From: Planctomycetota bacterium
GTDB taxonomy: Bacteria > Planctomycetota > B15-G4 > SIAN01
Length of the DNA: 64,000 nucleotides
Assembly (NCBI GenBank): GCA_031409275.1
Contig: JANNXA010000040.1
Coordinates: forward strand, 160,001-224,000
Reading direction: 5' to 3'
Shown here: positions 1 through 9,500 of the stretch, piece after piece
How positions within the stretch are numbered: position 1 is the stretch's first letter
How the letters are laid out: each line of letters begins with the position of its first letter
Program-made: the position numbers and the translations under genes
The notes under the pieces: generated by a model
What the model was told of the DNA's origin: nothing
The model's database searches: none
What the model saw: only the letters and a program-made list of their open reading frames with translations

Positions 1-1
1 G

Positions 2-1231
2 TTGGCTGGCATCGCCCTGGTGCCATTGCTGCTCGGCGGCTTCGTTCCCGGACTCGGGATCAGCGTCGCACTCGCCTGCGCCGCCGCATGGAGGCCACGC
101 GCCGAGCCGCTCCTCGCGCCGTCCACGGCGACGCGCCAGTTCGCGCTGCTGCTGATGGCGGCACTCGCCTGGTCGGCGGTGACGCTGCTGCCGTTGCCCC
201 TCCGTCTGCACCAGTGGCTCGCGCCGGGCGCGACCGCGCTCGACCTCGCACTGGGCGGCGATGCGAATGCGGTGTCCCTCTCGCGCGATCCTGCGGCGAC
301 CCGGCTGGCGCTGCTCGCGCTGGCGCTGGGCGCGAGCGTGGTCGCGGCCGTGCGCCACGTCGGCCGGACTGCGCGCGCGCGCGCCTTGCTGCAAGGGGCG
401 CTGATCGCGAGCGCGAGCGCGGTCGCGCTGCTCGGCATCGTCGAGACCTTCCTTGGCGAGCCGCTGCTGCAGCGGGGATTGCCGGCCCACGCGCGCCCGT
501 TCGGGCCGTTCGCCAATCGCAATCACGCGGGCGTCTTGCTGGTGCTGGCGCTGCCGCTGGCGCTGGCCGCCGCACGCCGCGCGTCCCAATCGCAGCGACG
601 AGCGGCCGGCTGCGCCGCCACGGGCGCCAGCGTCATGCTGCTGCTCGGCTTGCTGGTGAACGGCTCGCGCGGCGCCGCCCTTGCAGCACTGCTGGTGACC
701 CTCTTCAGCCTCCTGTTCGCGCGGGGTCGGCGTGGCGCGAAGCTGCTGTTGAGCGGCGCCGTCATCGCGGCCCTGGTGCTGCCCGGCGCCGCGTTCGCGC
801 GCCGTGGCGACGCCACCACGATCGCGGAGCGCGTGACCCTGGCGGGTGACGCGCTGCGGATGGCGGGCGACTCGCCGCTGCTCGGCATCGGCCTTGGCGC
901 GTTCGGATCCGCCTACCCTCCCTACCAGACGGTGCCGCGCGACCTGCGCTTCCGTCACGTCGAATGCGAGCCGCTCGAACTGCTGGTCGAAGGCGGCGTC
1001 CCGCTGCTCCTCCTCGCTCTGCTGGCATTGGCGCTGCTGCTGCGCGTGGCGACGCGCGTGCTGGCGAGCCCTCGACTCGATGACGCGGCCCTCGCCGCGA
1101 GCGCGCTCGCGGTGCCGTTCCACGCGTGGTGCGACTTCCCGCTGCGCATTCCCGGCGTCGCGCTGCCCTTCGCCATGAGCGTCGGCCTGCTGCTGGCCGT
1201 CCATGACGCCGCCTCCGAGGGCGCGCGATGA
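2..1231 (+). CDS. O-antigen ligase family membrane protein (probably 5'-truncated by the window edge)
   Basis: Multiple TM helices; GPFANRNH, SRG and PLLGIGLGAF..Y..Y motifs of Wzy_C/O-antigen ligase-like proteins. Confidence 0.75.
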   Translation: MAGIALVPLLLGGFVPGLGISVALACAAAWRPRAEPLLAPSTATRQFALLLMAALAWSAVTLLPLPLRLHQWLAPGATALDLALGGDANAVSLSRDPAATRLALLALALGASVVAAVRHVGRTARARALLQGALIASASAVALLGIVETFLGEPLLQRGLPAHARPFGPFANRNHAGVLLVLALPLALAAARRASQSQRRAAGCAATGASVMLLLGLLVNGSRGAALAALLVTLFSLLFARGRRGAKLLLSGAVIAALVLPGAAFARRGDATTIAERVTLAGDALRMAGDSPLLGIGLGAFGSAYPPYQTVPRDLRFRHVECEPLELLVEGGVPLLLLALLALALLLRVATRVLASPRLDDAALAASALAVPFHAWCDFPLRIPGVALPFAMSVGLLLAVHDAASEGAR

Positions 1232-2355
1232 AGCTCTCGGTGCTCGAAGTGCTGGGCTACTCGACGGCGGGAGGAGCGGCCGAATCGGTGCTCGAACTCG
1301 TGGCAGCGCTGGTGCGCGACGGTCATCGAGTGACGCTCGCGGCGCCGCCCGAACCTGGTTTTGGCGAGCGCGCAGCGGCGGCGGGCGCCTGCTACGTGCC
1401 CGTGGCGATGACATCGCGGCGCGACGCGAAGAGCTTCGCCCAACTGGTGGCGCTGATGCGCCGCGAACGCTTCGACGTCGTGCACACCCACTGCCGCAAC
1501 GCCGACCTGCACGGCGGGCTCGCGGCGCGCTGGCATGGCGAAAGTGCGCTGGTGAGCCATCTGCGCGGCCTGCTGGTCGACGGCGACGGACGCCCCGCCA
1601 ACACCTGGGTCGATCGCCTCCATCGCGCGGTGCTGCGCCGATTGCCGCGCCGGATCGTGGCGGTCAGCGAAGCGGTGCGCGCCCGTGCGCTGGCCACGCT
1701 TGCGCTGCCGGGGCCGCGCGTCATCACCGTCCGCAACGGGATCGCGTTGGCGCGCTTCGCTGCGCCGAAGCGGTCCCCCGCCGAGGTACGCGCCGAACTC
1801 GCCGTCCCCGCCGGAGTGCCGCTCCTGCTCGCGATCGGGACGCTCGGCCGCTGCAAGGGGCAGGACCTGTTGATCGAGGCCCTGGCGCAGTTGCGCGAGC
1901 CGGCGCTGCTGGCGCTGGTCGGCGAAGGAGCCGCGCAATCGGCACTGACCGCGCAAGCGCAGCGGCTCGGCGTCGCGGATCGCGTCCGCTTCCTCGGCGC
2001 TCGCCGCGACGTCGTCGATCTGCTGCACGCGGCCGACCTCTTCGTACACGCCGCGCGTTGGGAGGGATTCGGGCGCGTGGTCGCCGAGGCGATGGCGGCG
2101 GGCCGGCCCGTGCTCGCCACGCGCGTCGGCGGCGTGCCGGAGTTCGTCGCGGACGGCGTCACCGGCCGCCTGGTCGCGCCCGACTCCGCTCCCGTCCTCG
2201 CTGGCGCCTTGACGGCGCTGCTCGCTGATCGCGGCCACGCGGCGCGGCTGGGTGCCGCCGCCGCCGACTTCGCCGTGCGCGAACTCGATGTCGAGACGAC
2301 CTCGCGCGGCGTCGCGCAAGTGCTGCAAGAAGCGGCCGCGGAGGCGCTCGCATGA
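1228..2355 (+). CDS. Glycosyltransferase family 4
   Basis: GGAAES N-terminus, DVVHTH, EGFGRVVAEAMAAGRPV (ExxxxxxxE motif); ATGA overlap with the upstream gene. Confidence 0.9.
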   Translation: MKLSVLEVLGYSTAGGAAESVLELVAALVRDGHRVTLAAPPEPGFGERAAAAGACYVPVAMTSRRDAKSFAQLVALMRRERFDVVHTHCRNADLHGGLAARWHGESALVSHLRGLLVDGDGRPANTWVDRLHRAVLRRLPRRIVAVSEAVRARALATLALPGPRVITVRNGIALARFAAPKRSPAEVRAELAVPAGVPLLLAIGTLGRCKGQDLLIEALAQLREPALLALVGEGAAQSALTAQAQRLGVADRVRFLGARRDVVDLLHAADLFVHAARWEGFGRVVAEAMAAGRPVLATRVGGVPEFVADGVTGRLVAPDSAPVLAGALTALLADRGHAARLGAAAADFAVRELDVETTSRGVAQVLQEAAAEALA

Positions 2356-3818
2356 GCGGCGACCGGCACAAACCTCCCGCTCTCACCATCGCCCTCTCGC
2401 CGCGCGTCACCATCGCCATCGTGGCCGCGGCGGCGGCGCTCGCGCTTGGCGCGCTGGCAGGGGCCATCACGTCGGGGGATCCGCTCGCGCTGACGCTTGG
2501 CACCGTGGTGGTCGTCCTGCCGCTGTTGGCGCTCGCCGGCCGCGCCGGGCTCGACTTGCTGCTCGCCTGCGTGCTGTTCGGCGCGCTGGCATTCTTCACC
2601 GCCATCCGCCACCGCTCGACGCTCGGCGACGACGTGCCGCACCCCTTCTACGAATGGACGATCTGGCGCGTCACGCTGCCCGAACTCCTGGCCGTCGCCA
2701 CCCTGGCCGCGACGTTCCTGCACGCCCGCCACGCTCCCGGCGACGCACCGTCGCGGATCGGCGCGACGCCGTGGCTGGTGATCTCGTTCCTCATGCTGGC
2801 GCTCGCCTCCGGACTCGCGCGTGGGAACACTCTCGAAGCGTGCGTGCGCGACGGACGCAAGGTCGCCTACGTCGCGCTCGCGCACGTGCTGATCGTCCGC
2901 GTCGCGTCGGCGCCGGCGCGCCGCGAGCGGCTGCTGCGAGCGATCGGAGCGGCGCTCTTCGCCGCGTCCTTGGCGACGATCGGCGCGTGGTGGCTCGATG
3001 AGGGGTTCCACTACAACGGGACGACCCGAGCGAGCGTCGACGTCTCCGACTTCCTGGGATTCCTCGGCATCCTCTGCCTGCCGATGGCGCTCCTGCGCGG
3101 CAAAGCGAGCGGCGGCAGCAAGGCATGGCGTGTCGCGTTCATCGTCGCGGGTGCGGCGGCCACCATCTGCACCTTCTCACGCGCGGCCTGGTGCGCGGCG
3201 CCGATCGCCGTGGCCGTCGTGGCGCTCCATCCGACGCCAGCAGCGGGCCGCTCGACGCGCTGGCCCACGCTGCTGGTGGTGGCGGCGGCGTTGCTCGCGC
3301 CGTTCCTCTTCAGCGGCATCACGACCCAGGCGTGGTTGCGATTGGCTCCCCTCTTCGATCCAGCCGGCGATCCCAGCATCACCTACCGCGTTCGCGAGCT
3401 GCGCGGCGCGTTCGCGGTCGCGCTCGACCACCCGCTCGCGGGAATCGGATTCGGGACCTCCTTCGATGCCGGTGCGGCGCTGATCGATCGGCGCCGCGGC
3501 TCGGCGACGCTGGTCCACAGCCTCTTCCTGTGGAGCGCGATGAAGGCCGGAATCCCGGGGCTCTCCCTGCTCTGCGCGGCGCTCGTGCTGACCGCCAGAC
3601 GGCTTTCACGTGCGGCCCGCTCACAACGCGACCCGCGCGCCGCGGCGCTGGCACTCGGGCTGCTCGGAATGGTGGTCGGATTCCTGGTCATCGGTCAGGT
3701 CGGCGCGATGTTGAACCAGGCGCGCACCGCCTTCCTGCTCGGCACGCTCACCGGACTCGCGCAGACGTTGTCGGCGCAGACGGCTGCGACGGCGACGAGA
3801 CGGGCGGCGGCGCCATGA
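2352..3818 (+). CDS. O-antigen polymerase/ligase family membrane protein (Wzy-like)
   Basis: About 12 hydrophobic segments, TFSRAAW, HPLAGIGFG, VHSLFLW motifs. Confidence 0.75.
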   Translation: MSGDRHKPPALTIALSPRVTIAIVAAAAALALGALAGAITSGDPLALTLGTVVVVLPLLALAGRAGLDLLLACVLFGALAFFTAIRHRSTLGDDVPHPFYEWTIWRVTLPELLAVATLAATFLHARHAPGDAPSRIGATPWLVISFLMLALASGLARGNTLEACVRDGRKVAYVALAHVLIVRVASAPARRERLLRAIGAALFAASLATIGAWWLDEGFHYNGTTRASVDVSDFLGFLGILCLPMALLRGKASGGSKAWRVAFIVAGAAATICTFSRAAWCAAPIAVAVVALHPTPAAGRSTRWPTLLVVAAALLAPFLFSGITTQAWLRLAPLFDPAGDPSITYRVRELRGAFAVALDHPLAGIGFGTSFDAGAALIDRRRGSATLVHSLFLWSAMKAGIPGLSLLCAALVLTARRLSRAARSQRDPRAAALALGLLGMVVGFLVIGQVGAMLNQARTAFLLGTLTGLAQTLSAQTAATATRRAAAP

Positions 3819-4918
3819 AAGTCGTCTACTTCGGGGCCTTCGATGAGCAGGTGAGTCCACGCGTGCGCATGCTGCGCGATGGACTGCGGCGTCATGGCGT
3901 CGAGGTCGTCGAGTGCCGCGCGCACGGCAAGGTGGCGACGCGCTGGTCGAAGCTGGCGTCGACGTTGCCGCGCGCGGCGCGCGGCGCCGACCTGATCCTG
4001 GTCGGCAAACCGGGACAGCGCGAGCTGCCGCTCGCGTGGGCTGCCGCGCGACTGCTCCACCTGCCCGTGGCCCTCGATCTGTTCGCCTCGCTGTGGCTGA
4101 ACGAAGTCGAGGAGCGCCATCGCGTCGCCCCCGACTCCTTCGCCGCAAAAAAGCTGCGCGTCCTCGATCGCTTCGCGTTGCGCCGCCCCGACATCTGCCT
4201 GGTCGACACGCTGGCGCACGGTCGCTTGATGGCGGCCACCCTCCTCGAGGGGCGGCGCGCGGCAGCGCAGGAGCGCGTCTTCGTCGGTGCCGAGGAGTGC
4301 TTCACGCCGCGCCCGCGCGTGCGGCACGCCGGCTCGTTCGAGGCGCTCTTCGTCGGCACCTTCATTCCATTCCACGGCGTCGATGTCGTGCTTCAGGCCG
4401 CCGCACGGCTGCGCAACGAATCGACGTTGCGCTTCACGCTGCTCGGCGACGGTCAGGAGCGCGAGCGGATGGAGCGGATGGCCGCCGAGCTCGCGCTCGA
4501 CAACGTCCGCTTCGAGCCCGCGATTCCCTACCGCGAGCTGCCGGCGCGACTCGCGCGCGCCGACCTCGCGCTCGGCACCTTCGGCGCGACGCCGACCGCC
4601 CAGGTCGTGATCCCGAAGAAGGTCTTCGCCGCGCTCGCCAGCGCGATCCCGGTGGTGACCGCCGACGGCGCCGGGATCCGCGAGGCGCTCGACGACGAGA
4701 CCGCCTACCTCTGCGCGCCCGGCGATCCGGCGGCGCTGGCGGCGACGCTGCGGCGCGCGCTCGACGACGGTGTGCGGCGCAGCGAGGTGGCCGCACGTGG
4801 CCGCGCGCTGCACGAGCGGCGTTTCACCGTGACGGCCACTGGCGCGAGCTGCCTCGCGGTGCTGACGCAACTGCTGACGGCGCGCGCCTCGTCGACCGCG
4901 AGCTCGGCAGCGCCATGA
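3815..4918 (+). CDS. Glycosyltransferase family 4
   Basis: True start MKVVYFG at ATG 3815 (ATGA overlap); LFVGTFIPFHG, PKKVFAALASAIPVV. Confidence 0.85.
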   Translation: MKVVYFGAFDEQVSPRVRMLRDGLRRHGVEVVECRAHGKVATRWSKLASTLPRAARGADLILVGKPGQRELPLAWAAARLLHLPVALDLFASLWLNEVEERHRVAPDSFAAKKLRVLDRFALRRPDICLVDTLAHGRLMAATLLEGRRAAAQERVFVGAEECFTPRPRVRHAGSFEALFVGTFIPFHGVDVVLQAAARLRNESTLRFTLLGDGQERERMERMAAELALDNVRFEPAIPYRELPARLARADLALGTFGATPTAQVVIPKKVFAALASAIPVVTADGAGIREALDDETAYLCAPGDPAALAATLRRALDDGVRRSEVAARGRALHERRFTVTATGASCLAVLTQLLTARASSTASSAAP

Positions 4919-6309
4919 GCGTGGCGCGACGCCTGACGCGCGACGGCGCCCTGCTCGCCGGCGGGGCATTGTGCAGCCGCTTGCTGCAGGCGGCGGGGTA
5001 CGCGTTGCTCGCGCGCGCGCTGCCCCCCAGCGACTTCGGCACGCTGGCACTCGCGGCGATCGCGATCAATGCGCTCACGTTGCTGCCCGGCTTCGGGCTC
5101 GGGACCGCGCTGCTCGCGCGGCGCGAGGATCCGCGGCCGGTCGCGCCCGGCGCCGTCACGGCGGCGCTGCTTGGCGGCGTCTTCGTCACGTTGCTCGCGT
5201 GCGCGATCGCCTGGTTCGTCGATCGACACGGCGATCCGCAAGTGGCCGCGCTGATCGTGCTGCTCGGAGTTGCGTTGCTGTTCCAAGGGCCTGGAGTCGT
5301 CGCCGGTGCGCTGCTCGATCGCGAGCGGCGCTACGGCGCGCGCGTCGCGGCCGACCTTGCCGGTGCTCTCGCCTCCCTCGTCGTTGCCATCACCGCGGCC
5401 CGGTGCGGCGCCGGAGCTCGCGCGCTCGCGCTCGGGCTGGTGGCAGCGGCCGCCACGCAGTCGTTGGTGGCGCTGCGAGCGGCGCGGCTGTGGCCTTCGT
5501 GGCGGCTCGAGCGAGAGAGCCTCCGTGGGCCCATGCGGCTCGGCGGATTGGTGCTGCTCACCGCGCTGCTGCAGTGGGTCTTCACGGCCGCCGATGTGGC
5601 GATCCTCGAATGGCGCTGCGGACGCGAGGCGGTCGGCTGCTACTCGACCGCGATGCAGCTGGCGATGGTGCCGGCCAGCGCGCTCGGCCTCCTGTCGGGC
5701 CGCCTCGCGCTGCCCGCGTTGATGCAGGCGCGTGTGCAGAATCGCGACGCCAGCCGCGGCTTCCTGCGCGCAAGCCAGTTGGCGGCGTTCTTCGCTGCGG
5801 CGGCGTGCGTCGTGATGGTGGCCGGCGCGCGCCCCCTGGTCGCGTTCCTCTACGGCGAGCGTTTCGCGGCAGCGGCGCCACTGCTCCCGATCCTGGCGCT
5901 GTCGGCATTCGCCCGCGTGCTCGGCGGACTCGCCGGCCCGGCGCTGCTGGCATGCGGTCGTGCGCGCACGGCCTGCTTGCTGGTGGCCGCGCAAGTGGCG
6001 CTCGCGCTGCCGGCCGCGCTGCTGGTGCCGGTCGAGTTCGGCGCCGGAGCGATCGCGCTGGTCTTCACGCTGGTGCAGGTCGCGGCGTGCGCCTTCGCCT
6101 TCACGCTGGGAGCGAACGGACTGTCGCTGCCGCGCGCCGCGACGTTGCGCGCGAGCTTGCTGCCACCGTTGGTTGCGCTCGGCCCGGCGCTGCTGACCGC
6201 GCGCCTCGCCCCCGATGCGTTCGCCCTCCACGCGGCGCTCGGGCTGCTGGTGCTGGCGCTGTTCGCGACGCTGCAATGGCGGGCGCGCGATCGGGGCGCG
6301 CTCGCATGA
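4915..6309 (+). CDS. wzx: Oligosaccharide flippase (Wzx family)
   Basis: Start MSVARRL at 4915; LARALPPSDFG motif; 12-14 TM segments; lies in a polysaccharide operon. Confidence 0.8.
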   Translation: MSVARRLTRDGALLAGGALCSRLLQAAGYALLARALPPSDFGTLALAAIAINALTLLPGFGLGTALLARREDPRPVAPGAVTAALLGGVFVTLLACAIAWFVDRHGDPQVAALIVLLGVALLFQGPGVVAGALLDRERRYGARVAADLAGALASLVVAITAARCGAGARALALGLVAAAATQSLVALRAARLWPSWRLERESLRGPMRLGGLVLLTALLQWVFTAADVAILEWRCGREAVGCYSTAMQLAMVPASALGLLSGRLALPALMQARVQNRDASRGFLRASQLAAFFAAAACVVMVAGARPLVAFLYGERFAAAAPLLPILALSAFARVLGGLAGPALLACGRARTACLLVAAQVALALPAALLVPVEFGAGAIALVFTLVQVAACAFAFTLGANGLSLPRAATLRASLLPPLVALGPALLTARLAPDAFALHAALGLLVLALFATLQWRARDRGALA

Positions 6310-7202
6310 ACGCCACGTTGCCCATCACGCTGGTGATGCCCGCCTACGCTCGCGCTCACCTCGTAGCGCGCACGCTGCCCGCCTGCCTGCGCCAGCCGGT
6401 CGCCGAGATCCTCGTCGTCGATGACGGCAGCCCGGAGCCGCTCGCCGAAGCGGTCGCGATCGCCGCGGGCGGAGATGCGCGCGTGCGACTGCTGCGGCTC
6501 GAGCGAAACGGCGGTTCGTGCGCGGCTCGCAACGCCGGTGCGGCCGCGGCGACGCAGCCGTGGCTCCTCTTCGTCGACGATGACGCGCTGCTGGCGGACG
6601 ACTACGCCGCGACGCTGTTCGCTCATGCGCAGGCGCATGGCGCCGACGCTGCGGCGGGCCGCCGCCTCTGGCTGCACGACGACGAGACGCCGGCGCAGGC
6701 GTTGGCGGCGCGAACGCGACACGTCACGCCCTCCGAGCTGATCGATCGCCGCCACTTCTGGTTCGACGACGAGGCGGCCTTCGACGACGACCTGCTGGTG
6801 CCGATGGCGTGCGCGATCATGCTGGTGCAGCGTCGCTGGTTCGACCACGCGCGATACGACGAGCAGCGTTATCGCCAGTCGGGCTTCCGCGAGGAGACCG
6901 ACTTCCAGATCGAGCTCGCACGGCGCGGCGCACGGCTGCTGGCCTGCCCCCACACCGCCTGCTTCAACCTGCCCAAGGCGGTCATGGGCCGCGCCGGCGG
7001 ACAGCGACGCGGACAGGTGCTGCGCTACGAATGGAACGTGCTGAAGAACGACGCGCGCTTCCGCGCGAAGCACTTCGCGGCGCTGAAGGGCGAGCTCGGT
7101 TTCGTGCCGGGCGCGACTCCGTGGATCGGGGCGCTGCACCACTACTTCGGATTCCGCGTGCCCTCGAAGCTTCGCCACGCGCTCCGTCGGGCCGGTCCAT
7201 GA
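6306..7202 (+). CDS. Glycosyltransferase family 2
   Basis: Start MNATLP at 6306; VVDDGS, NGGSCAARNAG, FVDDD (DxD), EETD. Confidence 0.9.
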   Translation: MNATLPITLVMPAYARAHLVARTLPACLRQPVAEILVVDDGSPEPLAEAVAIAAGGDARVRLLRLERNGGSCAARNAGAAAATQPWLLFVDDDALLADDYAATLFAHAQAHGADAAAGRRLWLHDDETPAQALAARTRHVTPSELIDRRHFWFDDEAAFDDDLLVPMACAIMLVQRRWFDHARYDEQRYRQSGFREETDFQIELARRGARLLACPHTACFNLPKAVMGRAGGQRRGQVLRYEWNVLKNDARFRAKHFAALKGELGFVPGATPWIGALHHYFGFRVPSKLRHALRRAGP

Positions 7203-8281
7203 ACGTCGTCGCGACTCCACCGCGCATCGTCCTCTTCACGCGCGACGATCCCGCGACCTCCACCGGCGGCGTGGAGACTTTCTGCAAGCGCCTCCTCGAC
7301 CTCTTTCCGGGCAGCGCGGTCGTGGCCTACAGCGGTGCCGCCGGCGAGCGCCGCCTCGCGAACGAAGCACGCGATGCCTTCGCGGCGCGCGACGCGCTGG
7401 CCGCCGCAGTGGCCAATGTCGATCCCGCCGCGATCGTCGCCAACGGCGCCGCGGCGTGGGCCTTGCCGCGCGGCAATCGTCCACGGATCACGGTCCTGCA
7501 CGGAACCTACGCCGGTTTCGGCCGCGCCATCGCGCGCTTCGCGCCGCGGCGCGGCTTCATCGCCAGGACGTACGGCGGCTTCCTCGAACGGCGCGCGGCG
7601 CGCAGCGCCGACGCCGTCGTCGCGGTTTCGAGGAGCGTCGCCGAGCAGGCGCAACGCTGCTATGGCGTGCGCGGTCGCCTCGAAGTGATCGAGAACAGCG
7701 GGCCGGCGCTCGAGCCGACCCGGCCGCGGCGCGTCGACGCACGCGCGCGCCTCGCCATCGACCCGCACCAACGGTTGCTGCTCTTCGTCGGTCGCGGCGA
7801 ATCGACCAAGGGGTTCGACGCGCTCCTCGAACTGCTGTCGCGCCGCCCCGATCTCCATCTCGCCGCCGCCGGCGTCGCCCCGAACCGCGCCTGGCCCGGG
7901 AACGTGCGCGCGCTCGGCGTGCAGACCGCGGCGCAGCTCGTCGACTGGCATGCGGCGGCCGACCTGATCGCGCTGCCGACCTGCTACGAAGGCTGCTCGT
8001 TCGCGCTGATCGAGGCGCTGCTGTCCGATCGACCGATCGTGGCCACTGCGACCGGTTGCTTCGAAGTTCCCGGGCACCATCCCTTCGGCGTCGTCGTGGC
8101 GCCGCCGCGCGCCCCGCGCGACTTGGACTTCCTCGCGCGCATCGAAAGTGCGATCGACGCGGTCCTCGCCCGAGCGAGCGAGTTCACGCCGCGCGCCGCC
8201 TGCGAGACGCGCTTCGCCTTCGATCGCTTCGCCCGTGAGTGGCGCGCCTTGCTTGCGACGGTCGCCCAAGATGGCCGCTGA
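7199..8281 (+). CDS. Glycosyltransferase family 4
   Basis: Start MNVVAT at 7199; GGVETF, LFVGR, KGFD, EGCSFALIEA. Confidence 0.85.
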   Translation: MNVVATPPRIVLFTRDDPATSTGGVETFCKRLLDLFPGSAVVAYSGAAGERRLANEARDAFAARDALAAAVANVDPAAIVANGAAAWALPRGNRPRITVLHGTYAGFGRAIARFAPRRGFIARTYGGFLERRAARSADAVVAVSRSVAEQAQRCYGVRGRLEVIENSGPALEPTRPRRVDARARLAIDPHQRLLLFVGRGESTKGFDALLELLSRRPDLHLAAAGVAPNRAWPGNVRALGVQTAAQLVDWHAAADLIALPTCYEGCSFALIEALLSDRPIVATATGCFEVPGHHPFGVVVAPPRAPRDLDFLARIESAIDAVLARASEFTPRAACETRFAFDRFAREWRALLATVAQDGR

Positions 8282-9500
8282 GACGACTTCGCGCGAGGGC
8301 GCGCGCCCACTTCGAGTCGCGCTGCTCGAACCCGCCGGCCGCGGCGGCATCCACCACTACACGCGCGCCCTCGCCGGCGCGCTCGCGCAAGCGGGCGCAC
8401 GGGTGACCCTCTTCACCGCGCGCGACCACGAGTTCGCGGCGATGGGCGCGCAGGCGCCGCCGCCGTTTCGGATCGAGCCGCTCTTCGCGCGCCGCCGCAC
8501 GGCGCCGCACCTGGTGTGGCGAGCGCTGCGAGCAGCTGCGCCCGACGTGCTGCATCTGCAGACGGGCACCCACCCGCTGCTTCACCTTGCGCTGCTGATC
8601 GCGGCGAAGGCGGCGACCGGCGCAGCGGCCGTCGTCACCGCGCACGACCTGCGACCGAAGAACTGCGGGTGGTTTGGAACCGCGGCGGCGGGATGGCTCC
8701 AGCGCGCCGCCGACCTGCTGATCGTGCATGGCGAATCGCTGCGCGAACAGCTCGTGGCCACGCGTCCCGCCCTTGCGCCACGACTTCACGTGCTGCCGCA
8801 CGGCGAGTACGGCTTCCTCGCGCCAACCGCGCAGGCGACGAACCCGACCGGCGCGGCCGCGGACGCCCTCGCGACGCCCACCGCGCTCTTCTTCGGCTAC
8901 CTGCATGAAGAGAAGGGGCTCGAAGACTTGATCGACGCGATGCCGGCCGTCGTGGCACGCGTCCCGCGCGCGCGGTTCGTCATCGCGGGCCAGCCCGAAC
9001 AGCCCGTCGCGCCGCTGCAGCAAAGGGCCCGGCAACTCGGAGTCGAGGCGGCGATCGAGTGGCGGCTGGGCTACGTCGCCGCCGACGCGATCGCGCCACT
9101 GTTTACGGCCGCCGCCGTAGTGGTTCTCCCCTACCGCGAGGCGTCGCAGAGCGGGGTGCTCTTCCTGGCCGGCGCCTACGCGCGAACGCTGGTCGCCACT
9201 CGCGTTGGCGCGCTTCCCGAGGCGATCGAGCATTCGCGCACCGGACTCCTCGTCCCGCCGCGCGACCCCGCCGCTCTCGCCGACGCGCTCTGCGAACTTC
9301 TTTCCGACCTGCCGCGCGCGAGAAAGATGGGAAAGGAACACGCACTCCGATGCCGAACGGAGTGGGGCTGGCCGTCGATTGCGACGCGGACCCTCGCGCT
9401 CTACGCGCGACTGCCGCCGCCGCGAAGGACGCCGCTCGAAGGAGGAGCAGACGGTGGAGAGAAGTTCGGCGACGCTCGCCGCGCCCATGCGCGCAGCTGA
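8271..9500 (+). CDS. Glycosyltransferase family 4
   Basis: Start MAAETT at 8271; GGIHHY, FFGYLHEEKG, LPYREASQSGV. Confidence 0.85.
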   Translation: MAAETTSREGARPLRVALLEPAGRGGIHHYTRALAGALAQAGARVTLFTARDHEFAAMGAQAPPPFRIEPLFARRRTAPHLVWRALRAAAPDVLHLQTGTHPLLHLALLIAAKAATGAAAVVTAHDLRPKNCGWFGTAAAGWLQRAADLLIVHGESLREQLVATRPALAPRLHVLPHGEYGFLAPTAQATNPTGAAADALATPTALFFGYLHEEKGLEDLIDAMPAVVARVPRARFVIAGQPEQPVAPLQQRARQLGVEAAIEWRLGYVAADAIAPLFTAAAVVVLPYREASQSGVLFLAGAYARTLVATRVGALPEAIEHSRTGLLVPPRDPAALADALCELLSDLPRARKMGKEHALRCRTEWGWPSIATRTLALYARLPPPRRTPLEGGADGGEKFGDARRAHARS

